Below, piece by piece: positions 1-13,800 of a DNA stretch of 64,000 nucleotides. The notes below the pieces were generated by a model. The model made no database searches, was not told the DNA's origin, and saw only the letters and a program-made list of their open reading frames with translations. The position numbers were made by a program, and so were the translations under genes. Source of the stretch: Gnetum montanum (lineage: Eukaryota; Plantae; Gnetophyta); the NCBI GenBank assembly GCA_015680685.1, contig MNCI01003297.1, positions 432,728-496,727 on the forward strand, given 5' to 3'. Numbering within the stretch: the stretch's first letter is position 1; the number at the start of each line of letters is the position of its first letter.

Positions 1-268
1 AGTCGCATGTTATAGATTTTAGCTCATAGCATGGCTAATATTTAAAGCTATCAGATGACCATGACCTATGTTATTTGTCATATGCATTATTTTTACTATA
101 TCATGGTTTTGTTTTTACTATAGCATGGTTTTTAGTTTTAATTAACGTGGCATTCACACGTAGTTAAAGTCAGTTAGAAACCATGTGCAACTAAAATTAA
201 TTGTTAAAGATGATGGCTTTGCAAAAGAAACAACCATAAATTGTGTGGCAGGTGCACAGCTTGGCTAG

Positions 269-374
269 TCAAATGGCTATGGTTAACTATACCAATCAAC
301 AAAAAAATATGACATGTAATAATCAAATGGCTATGGTTAACCATACCAATCAACCAAAAAATATGACATGTAAT
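269..374. repeat. Tandem duplication, 2 x 54 bp
   Basis: tcaaatggctatggttaac(t/c)ataccaatcaac..aaaaaatatgacatgtaat starts at 269 and again at 323. Confidence 0.9.
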
Positions 375-496
375 TAAGCCCTTAAGTGATGTGATTTTGC
401 ATAAAATTGAACATGCTGGTAGGTTTTGTGAGAGTTCTGTCACTGTAAAACTACTGCCCAGACCAAAGAATCTTGGTTTATATCACTTATCCTAAC

Positions 497-960
497 ATGG
501 AGTCATGGAAATTATGGAAATTATGTAAAAAGTTGAGCATAGCAAGCCTTACCAACAATTGTAGGTTGTGTGGGAAAAAATAACATAGGTAGGTTGTGTG
601 GGAAAAAATAACATAGTTTTGGTCCACATGATAGGGAATCTTGACAATTTTGTGTAAAAACTAAAAAGGGTAAGTTTTATTAAAAGATGAGTAGAATGGG
701 TAATAATTGTGGGTTGCGTAGTAATAAATAACATAGCTTTTGTTGATGGGTCCCTATGATGGAGAATCTTGGAAATTTTGCATAAAAAATGAACCAGGGG
801 TCTCATTGATCATGGTTATTTACTTAAGTTATTCAAGTACAGTGGATAAGTGGTTTATGAGTTACGTAAAGTTAATGAAACGGCGCTATCAACCTGGTTA
901 AAGTTTTCAATAAAGATAAAAACTGCAATGAAGAAATTCTGATTGGTAAATAGATAACCT
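497..960. repeat. Dispersed repeat, copy A (homologous to ~4878-5305)
   Basis: Shared blocks in the same order: gtcatggaaatt, ggaatct(t)ggaa.atttgca, tcattgatcatggt.atttac, atgagttac.taa.gtta, gctatcaacct, tggtaaatagataa. Confidence 0.8.
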
Positions 961-2529
961 ACCGTAAAACCCACGTAACTACGAGATCTTAAATTTTAAG
1001 AAAATGAGCTTTTGGGATCCTCAGGTATGAGCTGGTCGTTATGATGCTTTAGTCATGAGGTCAAGCATATTAGTGATACAGCCAGGCAAATCATTAACCT
1101 TCCTAAGCTTCTCTTCCATCTTTTCGTCGTATGGCTTTCTCTTTTTCCCACTAGAGAGAGCATCCACTGCCTTAAAACCCCCAAGAGAACAAAAAAACAA
1201 CACCAAGAAAAAAATCATAACAAAACCCAAAAAAACATTACTAAATCAAATAATAATTGTAACCAGTCAAAACTAAATTTTTCCATGCCGTGCCTTAACA
1301 TCCTGCTCTGCTGCTTAGTCTTTCTTCACAGTGGGACGACTACAGGGACCTTCATGAAGAGATAATGAGGGTCAATTTACAATAAATATGCAATGGCCGT
1401 GTTAGAACAGTTAATCCTTGAGCAGAGAAAACCCAATACCAATAAAATTACAGCATGAATTAGTCAAAAATTCAAGTGAAATACCTTAAATTACATCAAA
1501 GTCATTGATGATGCCGTGCTGTGTGGGACTGGCATGGAGACTACATTGAATTTTCCTGAACTTAACCCTTGGACGGGTGGCGACGGCAATGCTGAAAAAG
1601 TATCTTGAACCAAACATTCAAATAATAATTGCAAACCAGTCCAAACTAAACTCTTCTGCCGTGGCAGAAATTTTGTTGGGTCCCAGTTCATAGGTAGCCA
1701 TGCTGGATCCAATAGGGCTGTATCATTTAGTCATCCCTGCAAATAATTTAGTAAGAACCATGTCAGGCAAGTGATGTATGACAAAGGAAAGTCTATGCAG
1801 GTCTAAGATGTGGAAATGAATTGCAGTTTTGCCGTGTGAAGGCAGGTTGTTTCCCAAGATTCTATTAAGGTTAAAAGAATAGAATAATATTTATCATTAA
1901 TGTAAGGTGAGGAAGGAAAGAATAAAATAATATTTATTATCAAAGTTGCTGCTATGTTATTAAATAAAAGGCTAAAGTTTTAGCAAGAAAAAATCAAATT
2001 AATACTTTATAACTACAGATAAGGTTCAAAGATTCTGAAATATATGAGCAGTCACCAATCAACCTGAGGCGGAACCATGGAGATTAATTTGGCAGAAAAT
2101 TGCAAACTGAAGCAGTGGTCGCTGGGTCTCACTGAAAAGTTGTGGGGCCTAACATTTCTTGTAGTAGTTTTGATTGCATCCACTGCCTTAAGGCTAGTAT
2201 CATCGTACTTAGCGAATCTGAATAAAATTTCAAAAAAAAATCCTCCTAGCAAAAATTACCGATAGGATTAAAAATCTGAAATTTGAGGTCACCCGCGAGT
2301 CTCCATAGTTAATCCAACATGAAATCTACATTTCATAAAAACGGAGCTCTCGGTGGGCCTTAGCAATTTAATGGTCACCAATCAAGTGACGTGAAATCTT
2401 GCGAATTGCATAAAAGTAAACACAGTGGTGGGTCCCGTAAGAGTTGTGCGATTTGCATAAAACTAAACAGAGTGGTGGGTCCCATAAGAGTTGTGTGGCT
2501 ATAAAACTACTATGGTGTGTGCATTAGCA

Positions 2530-4700
2530 ACTCGTGCCCTATCACTCTCTTAAATGTTATGACAAACTTGTTGCTAAACTACTAAGAGTTGTGCATTACC
2601 CAATAAATTAAAACCTTTTCTTCCTCATCTCATAAGTAACATCTCATAGGCAAAGAGCAAACTGGTTTTGTTACTGAGGGCTTGCATTGGGCTTCTTCCA
2701 TTGATCAAAAAGCCATTCTTCTTAAGCTTGATTTTGCAAAAGCTTATGACATACTTGATTGGTCCTTTTTAAAAAGTATAGTTAAGCATCATAACTTAGG
2801 TATTTTTTTTGATAGACATATCGATCTGGTTTTGTCAGAGGCCTCTTCAATTATTTGTATTAATGAAACCTTCTCTAAGGTTATTGAGCTTCAAAAATCA
2901 GTACGATAAGGATGCCCTTTAGCTCCTTATCTTTTTATTCTAGTCGTTGATGCTCTTGGAGTTGTTCTTAGATCTCACAATGAACTTATGAGGTTAAGAG
3001 GTATCTCTCTTTCACAAGAAGGAAAGGATCTCATTTATAGCCAGTTTGCGGATGACACTTTTCTCACTTTGCTTGAGGACAATAATAATTTTAACACTGT
3101 CTTGGATTGCATTGACATCTATTGACATCAATTGGAACAAAATGCAAGCTATTCGACCAAGCTTCTCTCCAAGGCCTACTTAGACTTATCATTTTAATAT
3201 CAAGTGGCTTTCTCTGACAGATGTTTTCACCCTTTTGGATATCTCGATAACTTTATTCACCACTCCCACTACCATATGGAATAATGTGGTGGAAAAAGTG
3301 AAACATAAAGCTTTGAAATGGGCTTCTAAACCCTTATCTATTGCAGGTAGAATTATCGTAGTTAATCATATTTTGAGCTCCACTCACATGTACTACTCTT
3401 TCTTTATGGCTCCTTCCGAAACTTCCTTTTAGTGCATCAACAAAATTCTTAAGAATTTTTTATGGGGGGGTAAGTACAATCACAAAGCTTTTCATCGAGT
3501 TGCTTGGGATATCTACACTTTAAGCAAGGAACACAAGGGCTTAGGCCTTGCCTCTATTGAGCACCAAAGTATTCTCTTAGCCTCAAAGTGGGTCACTCAT
3601 TGTATAGAAGGAGATGAAGCTTGGAAGATCCTTTTTAAGCATAATATTTCTCATCTTAATAATCACCATAGATGAAAAAACACTCATTGGAGCAATTGGA
3701 TCATCAACAAAGGTTCTCAAAAGATTATAGGTTCTTTCTTGTTCAAGTAAATTTGGTGGTGTTTGAGTCAAATTAAAGGCTTTTTGCAATGGAAACCTTC
3801 CTAGATAAACTTGAACTCTTTGTCAATGCACTCCATCTAGTGATCTCCTATTTTTAAAAAGAGTTTGGGTTGTCTTTATGACAAATTCTCTCATAGAGCC
3901 AATCATTTTGCTGATCACAATCTCCATCATGTTGCTCAATTATTTACTATTAGGAATGATTTTACTACCCTCTCTTGGCAACATGGCAAAGTAAAATGGG
4001 GTTTCAAAGACAAGATACTCTTATTTACCAACACATTGAGCATGTTCTCTCCAACTTTGGTGTTCCTCAGTTGCATAATAATACTCCTTGGTATGATGAT
4101 TGGTTTTGGCCTCATGGTTTCCCTCTATGTTCTTTACGCCTTTCTAAAGCCAAATCTTGGTTTCATGTGCAAAAATTCCAACTCTCCACTTTAAATAGAA
4201 GATGGAGTGTGCATCTTGAGGATCACCATTGAAAAGCTATTTTTCATTGTGTTTGGACTTCCAAGGCCCAACCTAAGCATAGTTTCTTTTTTTGATCCTT
4301 GATTCATCAAGGTCTTCTCATTAGAAATAGGCTTCACTTTTTAAGAGTTGATTGCCCTAAATGCACCATTTGTAAAGCCAATGACTGTTTTGTGCATGTC
4401 TTTCAGAATTGCTTGTTCTCTCAACAAATTTGGAAGTGGTGTCAATCTCTCTAAGTTTTTATTCCCAACCATTATGTTGGTTTCCCTCTATGTATCTTCA
4501 AAGATGACTATGTTAAGCGATACCTTCAAAAAGCTTTGAAAATCCTCTTATTTGAGGTTATTTTCTATTTGGAAATGTTGTCTAGATGCTTGGTATCAAA
4601 ACACCAACTACACTAAATTTGACTATGGTATGAAACACCTTATTGCTAGTAATGTTCAACTTCAATGTCAAAAATTAGGCTTTACCAATAATATTACTTT
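2530..4700 (+). mobile_element. L1-clade LINE ORF2 remnant (RT to zf-RVT), 5'-truncated, many stops and frameshifts
   Basis: LKLDFAKAYD (~2720-2750), VR*GCPLAPYLF (~2900-2935), QFADDT (~3040-3060), LSIAGRIIVVNHILSS, FHRVAW and a degenerate C-x2-C..H..C zinc finger near 4360-4410. Confidence 0.9.
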
Positions 4701-4877
4701 ATCTCTTTTAAATTGCTTGTTTGGGTTTTTTTTTCAGCTTTTAGCCCAAGGAGTGCGAAATGCTTTTGTCTTGTTGCAGGTAACTGGGGTCATCTTACTG
4801 GGTTCATCTTGCAGCCTTGAGCTTTGTTAAGACCTTGGTTTTAAGGTTTTCTTCTCCTGTGCAGCTCACCTTAACAA

Positions 4878-5305
4878 AAGTCATGGAAATTTGGTGGAAA
4901 GTTAGCACAGCGGGCCTCACCAATAAGTGTAAGTTGCATGGAAATAAATAATATATTGGGTGACCAATCCATCTGACAGGGAATCTTGGTGGAAAGTTTA
5001 GCATAGCGGAGTCATGGAAATTTGGTGGAAAGTCAGCACAGCGGGCCTCACCAATAAGTGTAATTTGCGCGGAAATAAATAATATAGTTTTCGCCGACCA
5101 CTCCATGTGACGGGGAATCTGGAAGATTTTGCAGGAAAAAATAAACTTAAAAGGGGTTTCATTGATCATGGTAATTTACCTTAGTTGTTTAACAAGAGTG
5201 TGAAAACCATCCATGAGTTACCTAAGTTAGTGCAACAGGTGCTGCTATCAACCTAGCTACATCTATAAAAAATGAAACTAAGAAATTTGGCTGGTAAATA
5301 GATAA
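4878..5305. repeat. Dispersed repeat, copy B, with an internal ~130-bp tandem duplication
   Basis: gtcatggaaatttggtggaaagt(t/c)agcacagcgggcctcaccaataagtgtaa at ~4880 and ~5011; the downstream part matches 760-960. Confidence 0.8.
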
Positions 5306-5816
5306 TAGTAAAGGAAATTGAAGGTCACTTGCAGGTTGATTGAAGAATTATTTTTATAGATTCTGTAATGCGTATTTGGCTTTCTGAATTCTGCTCTATT
5401 TATTCTTCTAAATTTTTGAGATGACAATGAGGAACCCACTCTTAACCTCTAAAATTTGTAAACACGTAATGGATTCTTTGTCTGAATTTGGTGGCTTTGG
5501 TGTTCCACGCATCCTTGAAAACCTTTTTTTAAACCTTATCTCTGAGCCACCGTGCCACAGTGACCTATTTCGATACAAAATTAAATGGCATTAATTACAT
5601 CCAGAATTACGTTCCATGTTCTAACAACGGAGCAAATGATGACTAAACAAGCCTATGGAATTGTGCATCCCTTTATAAATGTCAATTGTATTAAAGGAAA
5701 AACAAATATTCATGCCCTTACGAGAAAGCTTTCGATCTGCCAATCCATCCATCTTTCATTTGCTGTTGATATTCATTCATTGCCTTTGCTTTTGTTGTGG
5801 TGTTTGGGTTTCTGGA

Positions 5817-6777
5817 GTGGCAGACTTCGGAACTTCTGTGGCTTCTCAGCTTGCTGCAGCTGCTGTGACAATGGCTGTTCAGAAAATCGGGAAAGTAGTC
5901 TCTCTTGGTGATGACGTTCAGCGGCTCAAGCAAAAGCTGATTGAACTGCAAGCTTTGTTCATGGATGCCGACTGAGGATTTTGGAAACACGAGTCCAGCT
6001 CTATCAAGCTTTGGATCAAGAGGATGCTGTAGACATATATGCAGCCCTTAGATTGTCAGGTTCAAGCACTATCCATTCTTCTTCATATTTTAGTTTGAGG
6101 TCATTTAAGAGTTTAAAGTATTTTAGAAAAGCAAGGTCATACAGTGAATTAAGTAGCCTGTGTTCCAAAATCAGAAGGATAAATCAAACTTTCAATAGCT
6201 TAGAAGCAAGGGCAGGCATACATGGAATAGCTATTAACAATTTCAGGGTCTCTGATTCTTTTTGTGATACGAATTCATGGAAAAAGTCTGAAATTATCCT
6301 TGAAGAATCTACTTCCGTAGATGTGGACCATAAGGTAGATGAGATTGTATCATTGATTGAAGAACATAAAGTAGTGGCTGTTGTTGGCATATGTAGACTT
6401 CAGCTGTTACAATTGGACAGAGACTGTAAAGAATATTCGACAGACATATGTAAACTTCCCCAATTAAGAAGGCAGCCTAATAGCTTAATCTATGGAACAA
6501 CAACAAATGTAAAATGCGACCACACGAATTCGGAACAGCTGCAGCCTTTCCAAACCTGATGAGCCTTAGTCTTTCCCTGCTTAGTGAATTGTGCATGCTA
6601 CCTGCCATAGAGGACGGCGCTATGCCATGCCTGGCTGAAATGATTGTATTTGACTGTACAAAGTTAAGAAAGTTAAGAGAAGCAGGTCATGGTTGGGAAG
6701 ACAAAATCCACACCCTTAAAAACTTGCGCCTTGGGCGTAATGATCCAACGCTGGACAAACAATTATATAGAAGTTAG
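5817..6777 (+). pseudogene. CC-NLR (Rx-type coiled-coil) resistance-gene pseudogene with the NB-ARC core deleted
   Basis: GTG-GCA-GAC at the expected MAD start. CC helix DDVQRLKQKLIELQALFMDAD, then TGA at 5973. IKLWIK frameshifted onto EDAVD (EDVID-like). Pre-P-loop VDEIVSLIEEHKVVAVVGI joins directly to LRR-like LQLLQL..ICKLPQLR and FPNLMSLSL..IEDGAMPCLAEM..DCTKLRKL. Confidence 0.8.
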
Positions 6778-7532
6778 GTGGTCTTCAATGAAAACCAATT
6801 TTTGGTAACCCTTTCTTGGCATTGTTGAAGGGCCTCCTCCAATTCTTGAGAAACTATATACATTGGAGATATTGTAATGTATAAGTAATATAATTGTGTG
6901 AGATAAGCAATATAATTATATGAGATAAACCTCTTGTTTTTTGTGATCCAATTTTGCAATGTAATTTAAGTTTAATTTATTATAAAAAAGTTGTATGGGT
7001 TGATGATGTTGAGTCTAATTTCATGTGAAACATTTGGATGACTATATGCAAAGAAGGAACATGATTTTGTATTGTTATTTTTTCCCTCTAATGATGAATT
7101 CTTAAGTTATAAGAGGCTTATCTTTGATGCTAGATTCTAATTTGTTGGTTTTAAGAATTTTAAAATTGAAACTTCTATAATTATTATGGGATTTGACTTT
7201 TGTATTAGGAAAAAACTATTTAGGAAAGATTTAAAATATATTTACAATTACCTTGTTTAAAATTTATATGATTGATGTTTAGTTATTATTTATAAGTGTT
7301 TGATAACTTCTAACTTTATAAATGCTAAATGCTAAATCTATGAAATAACATGTAATTTGCCAATTGAGCTAGCAACTCATAAGTTCAATTGGTAAGTCAT
7401 TAATTAGACATTCTTTCATCAAAATTCAAAATGAAAATGCTTTATTATATCCTCAAGAGACTTTAAAGCATCTATAAAATAAGCAAAAATATTTTACAAA
7501 GTTTTAATATGTTCTTAATAAGTCCTATTTAG

Positions 7533-7810
7533 TAATTTATCCTGTTTATGTAGAATCTTAATCTTGATCAAATCAAAGAAATTTTACTTACTGGGTAGAA
7601 TTGACCTATGACCTTGAGTTAACAAGCTTAAAGAAATGGAGTAAATCATTTACTTGAATAATGTATTTAAGTCTCCATTAAAGAAATACATATTCTTCAT
7701 TCTCTATAACTACCTTTACAAATAATTTACATGTAGATTCTTCTCTTGTAATATTAGTCCATTATCTTGTTTTGATCAAGATCAAGATTCTACATAAATA
7801 GGAGAAATTA
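7533..7810. mobile_element. MITE-like / foldback element with ~40-bp terminal inverted repeats
   Basis: taatttatcctgtttatgtagaatcttaatcttgatcaaa (7533-7572) is a near reverse complement of tttgatcaagatcaagattctacataaataggagaaatta (7771-7810). No clear TSD. Confidence 0.6.
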
Positions 7811-8989
7811 TAACTTTAATTTATTGCAAATGCTACAAATATATAAATTGGCTTTCATGCTAGGGATTCTTAGCCTAGAGATTCTACTAAGATTTTATGT
7901 GTACTATTTTTAAAAAATGGTTTTTCCTCAATATACCATTCTTTCTCTTAAGTAGCATTATAAACTTTTATAAAAAGTTATACTCTATATCTAATAATCA
8001 TCTTTTGATAAAATTTAATAAACTAATGAAGACATGCAATTTCTACAAGAAACATGTCCAATTTTACTAACAAAATATTATATAAAATTTGAACATTTCA
8101 TGTAGAAAATTTTTTGAATGTATTCTAATAAACTCTATTGTATTGTTGAAATTCTTGATCCTTATGTTTCATAACTATATAATAAAACTTTTTGAACTAG
8201 CTAATACTACCTTTACTTTTGGATATTCTATGTATAAATTTATTTTAATGCACACTTATTATAAATGATCAAAGTAGTCTAAAGCCCATCCTATCTTTTG
8301 TGAATTTTCATGAAACTTTTCAACTTAATGAGATAAGGTATTGGTAATACTACTTTCAATAAAATGAAAGGGTTTGGGTTCAATTCTAGTCATTCAATCT
8401 TATTTTATTTTTCAATTACTTGCTATTGTTTGTGATAATTTTTCATCATTTTCTTGGTTTGCACTTGCATTTTATTCTTCATCTTGGCAATGGTTGAATG
8501 TCAAAAACTGTTTGAATGATAGATAATGGGCATACAATTTGAACATCATTTTTCGATTGCCTACCATTATTTACATTTTATTTTTAGTTTGTTTAGTCAC
8601 TTACCATTATTTGTGTTTTTCAATTGTACAAGTATTTTATGAAATTGTTCTTTCTCAATTGCACAAGAATACCTCTATGAACTTGTTGATTCTAGTATGC
8701 ACTTTGAAAATTCTTACTCTACTCATTTTAAATGCCCATGTTGTGATTTAGAAGCAACACAAAGAAAAGAATATCATAAGCCCAAATTTAAAGTGATAGA
8801 AAACCATATTTACATATGTAAATGCAATAAATACAAGTAAAAGCATGAAGACAAAGTTCAAACTTCAAGAAAATACAAAGATAAAGTGAAGCCAAAATAG
8901 CTTTTTTGTAAAATATTTAAATTATTATGCTACATAAGATAAGATAGGAAATTCTATTATTTTTACTTTGTTTAGTGGAGGTAATTAGA

Positions 8990-9885
8990 GAATGGCCCCA
9001 ATCTTTCATGTCTCTTGAATTTCTAGCCTGATTTTCCATAAAATAGGCTTGTCCTATAATATTCTATTATGGCCCCATCATTTGGCTATAAATATGTAGG
9101 TAAGTCATGTTTGTAAAAGAAGAAATTGATGCCATTGAGGCAAATTAATGATGAAGAAAGAACATTGAAGATATTATGGAATTTTCTCAATTTATCCTAA
9201 ATCCTATTTTTCATCTACAATCCTCACATCACCAATTCCATAATTTAGCACATAATCCCATATCCTATTTTTCATCTATAATCCTTACATCACTAATTCC
9301 ACAATTTATCCTAGAATTCCATATCCTATTTATTATCTATAATCTCATTCACAAGTTCATAATGTATCCCATTACAAGTTTATTTATCCTCAATTCATCA
9401 TATTCACCAATTCTCATTAATCAAAGAAGTTAAAAATCACATTCAGGGCCATTATTGTGTTACAGATTTAAACCATCAAATCAATCAAATTAGTTCTAAA
9501 TTTTGTAAGAAGGTAAATTATTGAAAAATATTTGTATCAAGTATTCACTTACTTCATAACTCTCTTGGATCGCAAAGATATTCATCTTACAAATTGGCAC
9601 TTTCTATTCTAGATATTGAATAGTTTTATTCCAAACTTCTTTTTCAAGCCAGCTTTGAATGATTAAATGATATCCAATTGATGTAAAATTTTACAAGTTG
9701 ATATATTATTGACCAAGCTTTCTAACAAGCCTAAGATCAACTCAAAACTCATCCATATCATAAAGATATCACAACTAAAATAGCAGGAAAAAATCAATTT
9801 ATCTCAATTGGGTTGCCCACATCATTGAATATATCAGGTTGCCAAAAATTTGTAAAATAAATTTTTTTAAAAATCTTCTTACATC
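8990..9885 (+). repeat. Diverged third copy of the copia LTR-like repeat, in opposite orientation
   Basis: For example tgtatcaagtattcacttacttcataac (~9535) is the reverse complement of gttatgaagtgagtgaatacttgataca (~11182), and caagcctaagatcaa matches ttgatcttaggcttg. Confidence 0.75.
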
Positions 9886-10845
9886 CTAAAAATCTACAGA
9901 ACCAAGTATTAAAGTACTTAATCCATAACCATAAATGGTCTTTAATTGGATATAACCTTCTTTAAGCCAATGATAATGACACAAAGAGACATAAATCTTG
10001 AATTGAATGTGGACGTAGCATACAACATGTGAACTAAAAACGAGAAGAGAATGATAGAAATTGTCAATTGAAATGCTGAAATTGACTAAGTTTATTGCTG
10101 AAAAATAAACTAAGTATGTAATAAACTATGACTAATAACACATAATCTAAATATAAAAATTCAAATAAATTAGCATAAATTATTAATATATGGAAAGTTT
10201 AATATAGGGGAAAGGGTCTTGGCACCCTTCATAAACAATATAGATTCTTTATTTATGAAAAAGAAGTATTTGCCTCCTATGGAGGGCTAAAACAACAAGT
10301 GTTGATGAAAATGTAAGTGAGAGAAAATTAACAATAAGAGCTCCATTGGAGAGAAAGATGTGGATTTGAAGAGTGGAATTAAACCTTTCGAGAGTGAGGC
10401 TATGGATGAAAAAGTTGGAGATGCTATCTAGAGTCAATTTGGGGTCAAAACAAGGTTGTTTTGGCAAAGGCATCCATGAGTGATGTTGGAGCAAAATAAA
10501 ATCTATCTTTGAAGATTGACACCAAGGCAGAAAAAATACTAAGTATGGGATGTTAACATTGATGTTGCTTGACTAACACTCACACTAAGTGAACATTAGT
10601 GTTGAAGCCAAGAGGAGCTATGGTGGCCATGAAGCATGCAGGAGATGTTGTGAGGTCTATTGCATGCACTCTTGATTGCTTGAAATCTCAGAAAAAGTGC
10701 TCTATATTTCAAGAAACTAGCCTTGAATTTGAAATTTAAGCTCATATTTATAGGCCCATGGTTGCCAAATTCAACTCTAGAGTTAAGTGAAGTTCACTTG
10801 GAGTTCATCTAGAGTTCAATTTTAGTAAGTTTAACTTCAAACTAT

Positions 10846-13800
10846 TGATTTTTCTAATGTAACTTGATTTAAAATAATTTTTTATTTTTGTAGATTATTT
10901 GAGTAGCCTAATTTATCTGATGATGAGGATGACCCAATTGTGAAAAATTGAATTTATAATATTTTCGTTGCAATATCTTTGAGATCCAAATGAAGTTTGG
11001 CTTGATCTTAGGCTTGTTGGAGATTTCATTCTATAATATATAATCTTGTAAAATTTCAAAGTAATTGGAATTTATTTGATGATTCAAATCTTGCCCAAGA
11101 TAGAGGTCTTGAATAAAACTATCCAATGTCTAGAATGGAAATTGTTGATTTGCGATATGAATATCTTTGTAATCCAAGAAAGTTATGAAGTGAGTGAATA
11201 CTTGATACAATGCTCTTTTAACTATCTACCTATCTACAAAATTTGGAATTGATATGAGTTGATTTGATGGTTGAAATTTGTTCCATAAAAGTGGCCTAGA
11301 ATGTGATTAATTAGCTTCATTCTATTAAAACACATGAATCACCATAGAGGATATGATGAAGTTTATTTGGCCTAATTAGATGAGGATTTGCAGCAGATAT
11401 CTATGAGAGTGAATGAGGATGGGATTGAGTAAGATATGAAATAAATTAGAAAGAGAAATTAGACCATAGGAATTTGAAGAGAGTTATGAGAGAAAATTCA
11501 TAACAATATTTTATTATCTTCAAAACTATCTACATCAATGTATGACCATCAAATTTATATAAAAAGATTGCGGCCATACTTAGAGATAGTGAGAAGTTAT
11601 TTCCCATTGATAAAAATACAAAAATAATGAAAAAGAGGATGAATTAGAGCAAAAAACAAGTACATCCACTCATCAATTCATTTTAATAGAGTAAAAATCA
11701 ATTTTTCTTTTTGGTGGATGCGATGACAAAGGGAATTTTTAACTTGTTTGATGTTTTAGCTTGCTTGTTAAATTATAGATCCATGTAAATTTGGACTAGA
11801 TATTTATCATTACAAAGAAATAATTAGCACATCATGGAAGTGATTGACATGGGACCTACAAGGTCCATGTGGATTAGTTACAATGGTTATGTTGCAAGTT
11901 TTACATTCAAAGCTAATTTTAATGACTTTATTTGACATTTTTCCCACTAAAAGCATAGAGTTAGACAGTTGAGGAACATGGTAAACTTTAGTGATAGTCA
12001 ATACTTTACTGTTGAAGAGTTTGACTATGCAATTTCCTACAGCTTCCATCTAAAGAATTTGCTAGAGATTTTTATCATGTATAGGAAATCACAAAGGATT
12101 TTTGGATGGTTGCCTCAACATAATTTTTAAGAAATTTGAAAACCTCATTGATGTAATGCCCCAAGTAAATAGGGTCAATTTGAAAGAAAGCAATGAGTAG
12201 ATTATAATTAATAGTATAATTCAATTGAATGTGAGCCAAAGATGGGCAAAATAAAAATATGGTTATCATCTTCTATGCTTTAGTTGCATAGTCTACAAAT
12301 ACACTCTTTTCTTGGTAAATTGATCTTCTTGTCTTAATAAGAAGATGATGTGAGCTCATTAGTGATCTAGCAATTTGATTCCTTAAATGGATAAGAATAG
12401 CTATGAATAGATATTGTTGAGTACTAGATAACAAGCTTCCTCTAATAGAATGTAAATAAAAATGCTTCTTTCCTAATGTGTTTAACAAAACTTTAGCCAA
12501 GAATTTTTTTTATAGTTTTCCAAAAGAGCCTTTTGTTTAAAGGTAGATCCTCTATAACAATATTCCATGACTGAAGCCATAATTTTCCTTGATGCAACCA
12601 TCCATTTCCTTATGGAGTGTTCACTATCTCCTTAGCATAATTAACTTCCTCTATGTAACTTAACTTTTAAGTATAAGCAATAAATTGACAAACGGCTTCA
12701 ACTTTAAGAGGAAGGAAATCTACTTCTAAAAGTAAGATATTATAAGAAGTTTGAATTTTCACTTGAAATTCACATACAAAAAATTATTTTTGAATATGAT
12801 CTAATTTTTTCCAATTATGTGTAGAAAGGGAAGGTCCTAAAGCAACATACCCATATAATAATACAAGTTAGACTAGACTATGAAAAAGTTTTCTTTTAAT
12901 CTCCCATGCCAACATTTGTTTCCTACTACAATTATTTCTTAGAACAAATAGAGCTCACATGCCATTTGAAACCCTTTGAGAAATAATTTACCATTATCAA
13001 TTTTGGTGTTGTCAATCCTTTGTGGTTTGTAATTGAGAAGATATTTCTTGTAGGAAGTCATCGGATTAGAGCACCCACTCTCAATAATTTATGTATCTTG
13101 GTTAACTACAGTAACAACCTTTAGATAGAAATGGTTTTCTTAATCAAGTTTTTCTTCAACGTTTGTACCTTTCTTTTTGTTTACATTTTATTCTTTCCTT
13201 ATCTATTGTTGAAAGTAGATTTCACACCCTATTCTCTTCCAGCAATCTTCATACATGTGTCTTCTCTTATTATAAAATTTGCATTTAGGAATTAGATTTC
13301 TCTTATTGTAGTTCCATTGTCTTCTATTAGAATCCATTTTACTCTGAATTTGGCTTTGATACCAATTTTTAATTTTTTGATGTAACTTCATTTAAAATAA
13401 TATTTTATTTTTGAAAATTTTTTATAGCCTAATATATTGGATGATGAGGGTAGCCCAACTATGAAAATTTGAATTTTTTTTTAAAATTTTATAGTTGTGA
13501 TATCTTTGCTATTCAAATGATTTTTAGCATGATCTTAGGCTTGCTAGAAAGCACATTCTGAAATCTATAAGTCTATAAAATTTTATATTAATTAGAATTT
13601 ATTTGATAATTCAAATATTACCCAAGAAACGAATCTCAAATAAAACTCTTTAGCATATAGAATAGAAATTACTGATTTGCAATATGAATAGCTCTGCGAT
13701 CTGAGAGAGTTATAAAATGAGTGAATACTTAATACAAAGCTTGATCAATAATCTACCTATCTAAAAATTTTGAATTAATTTGAGTTTATTTGATGATTAA

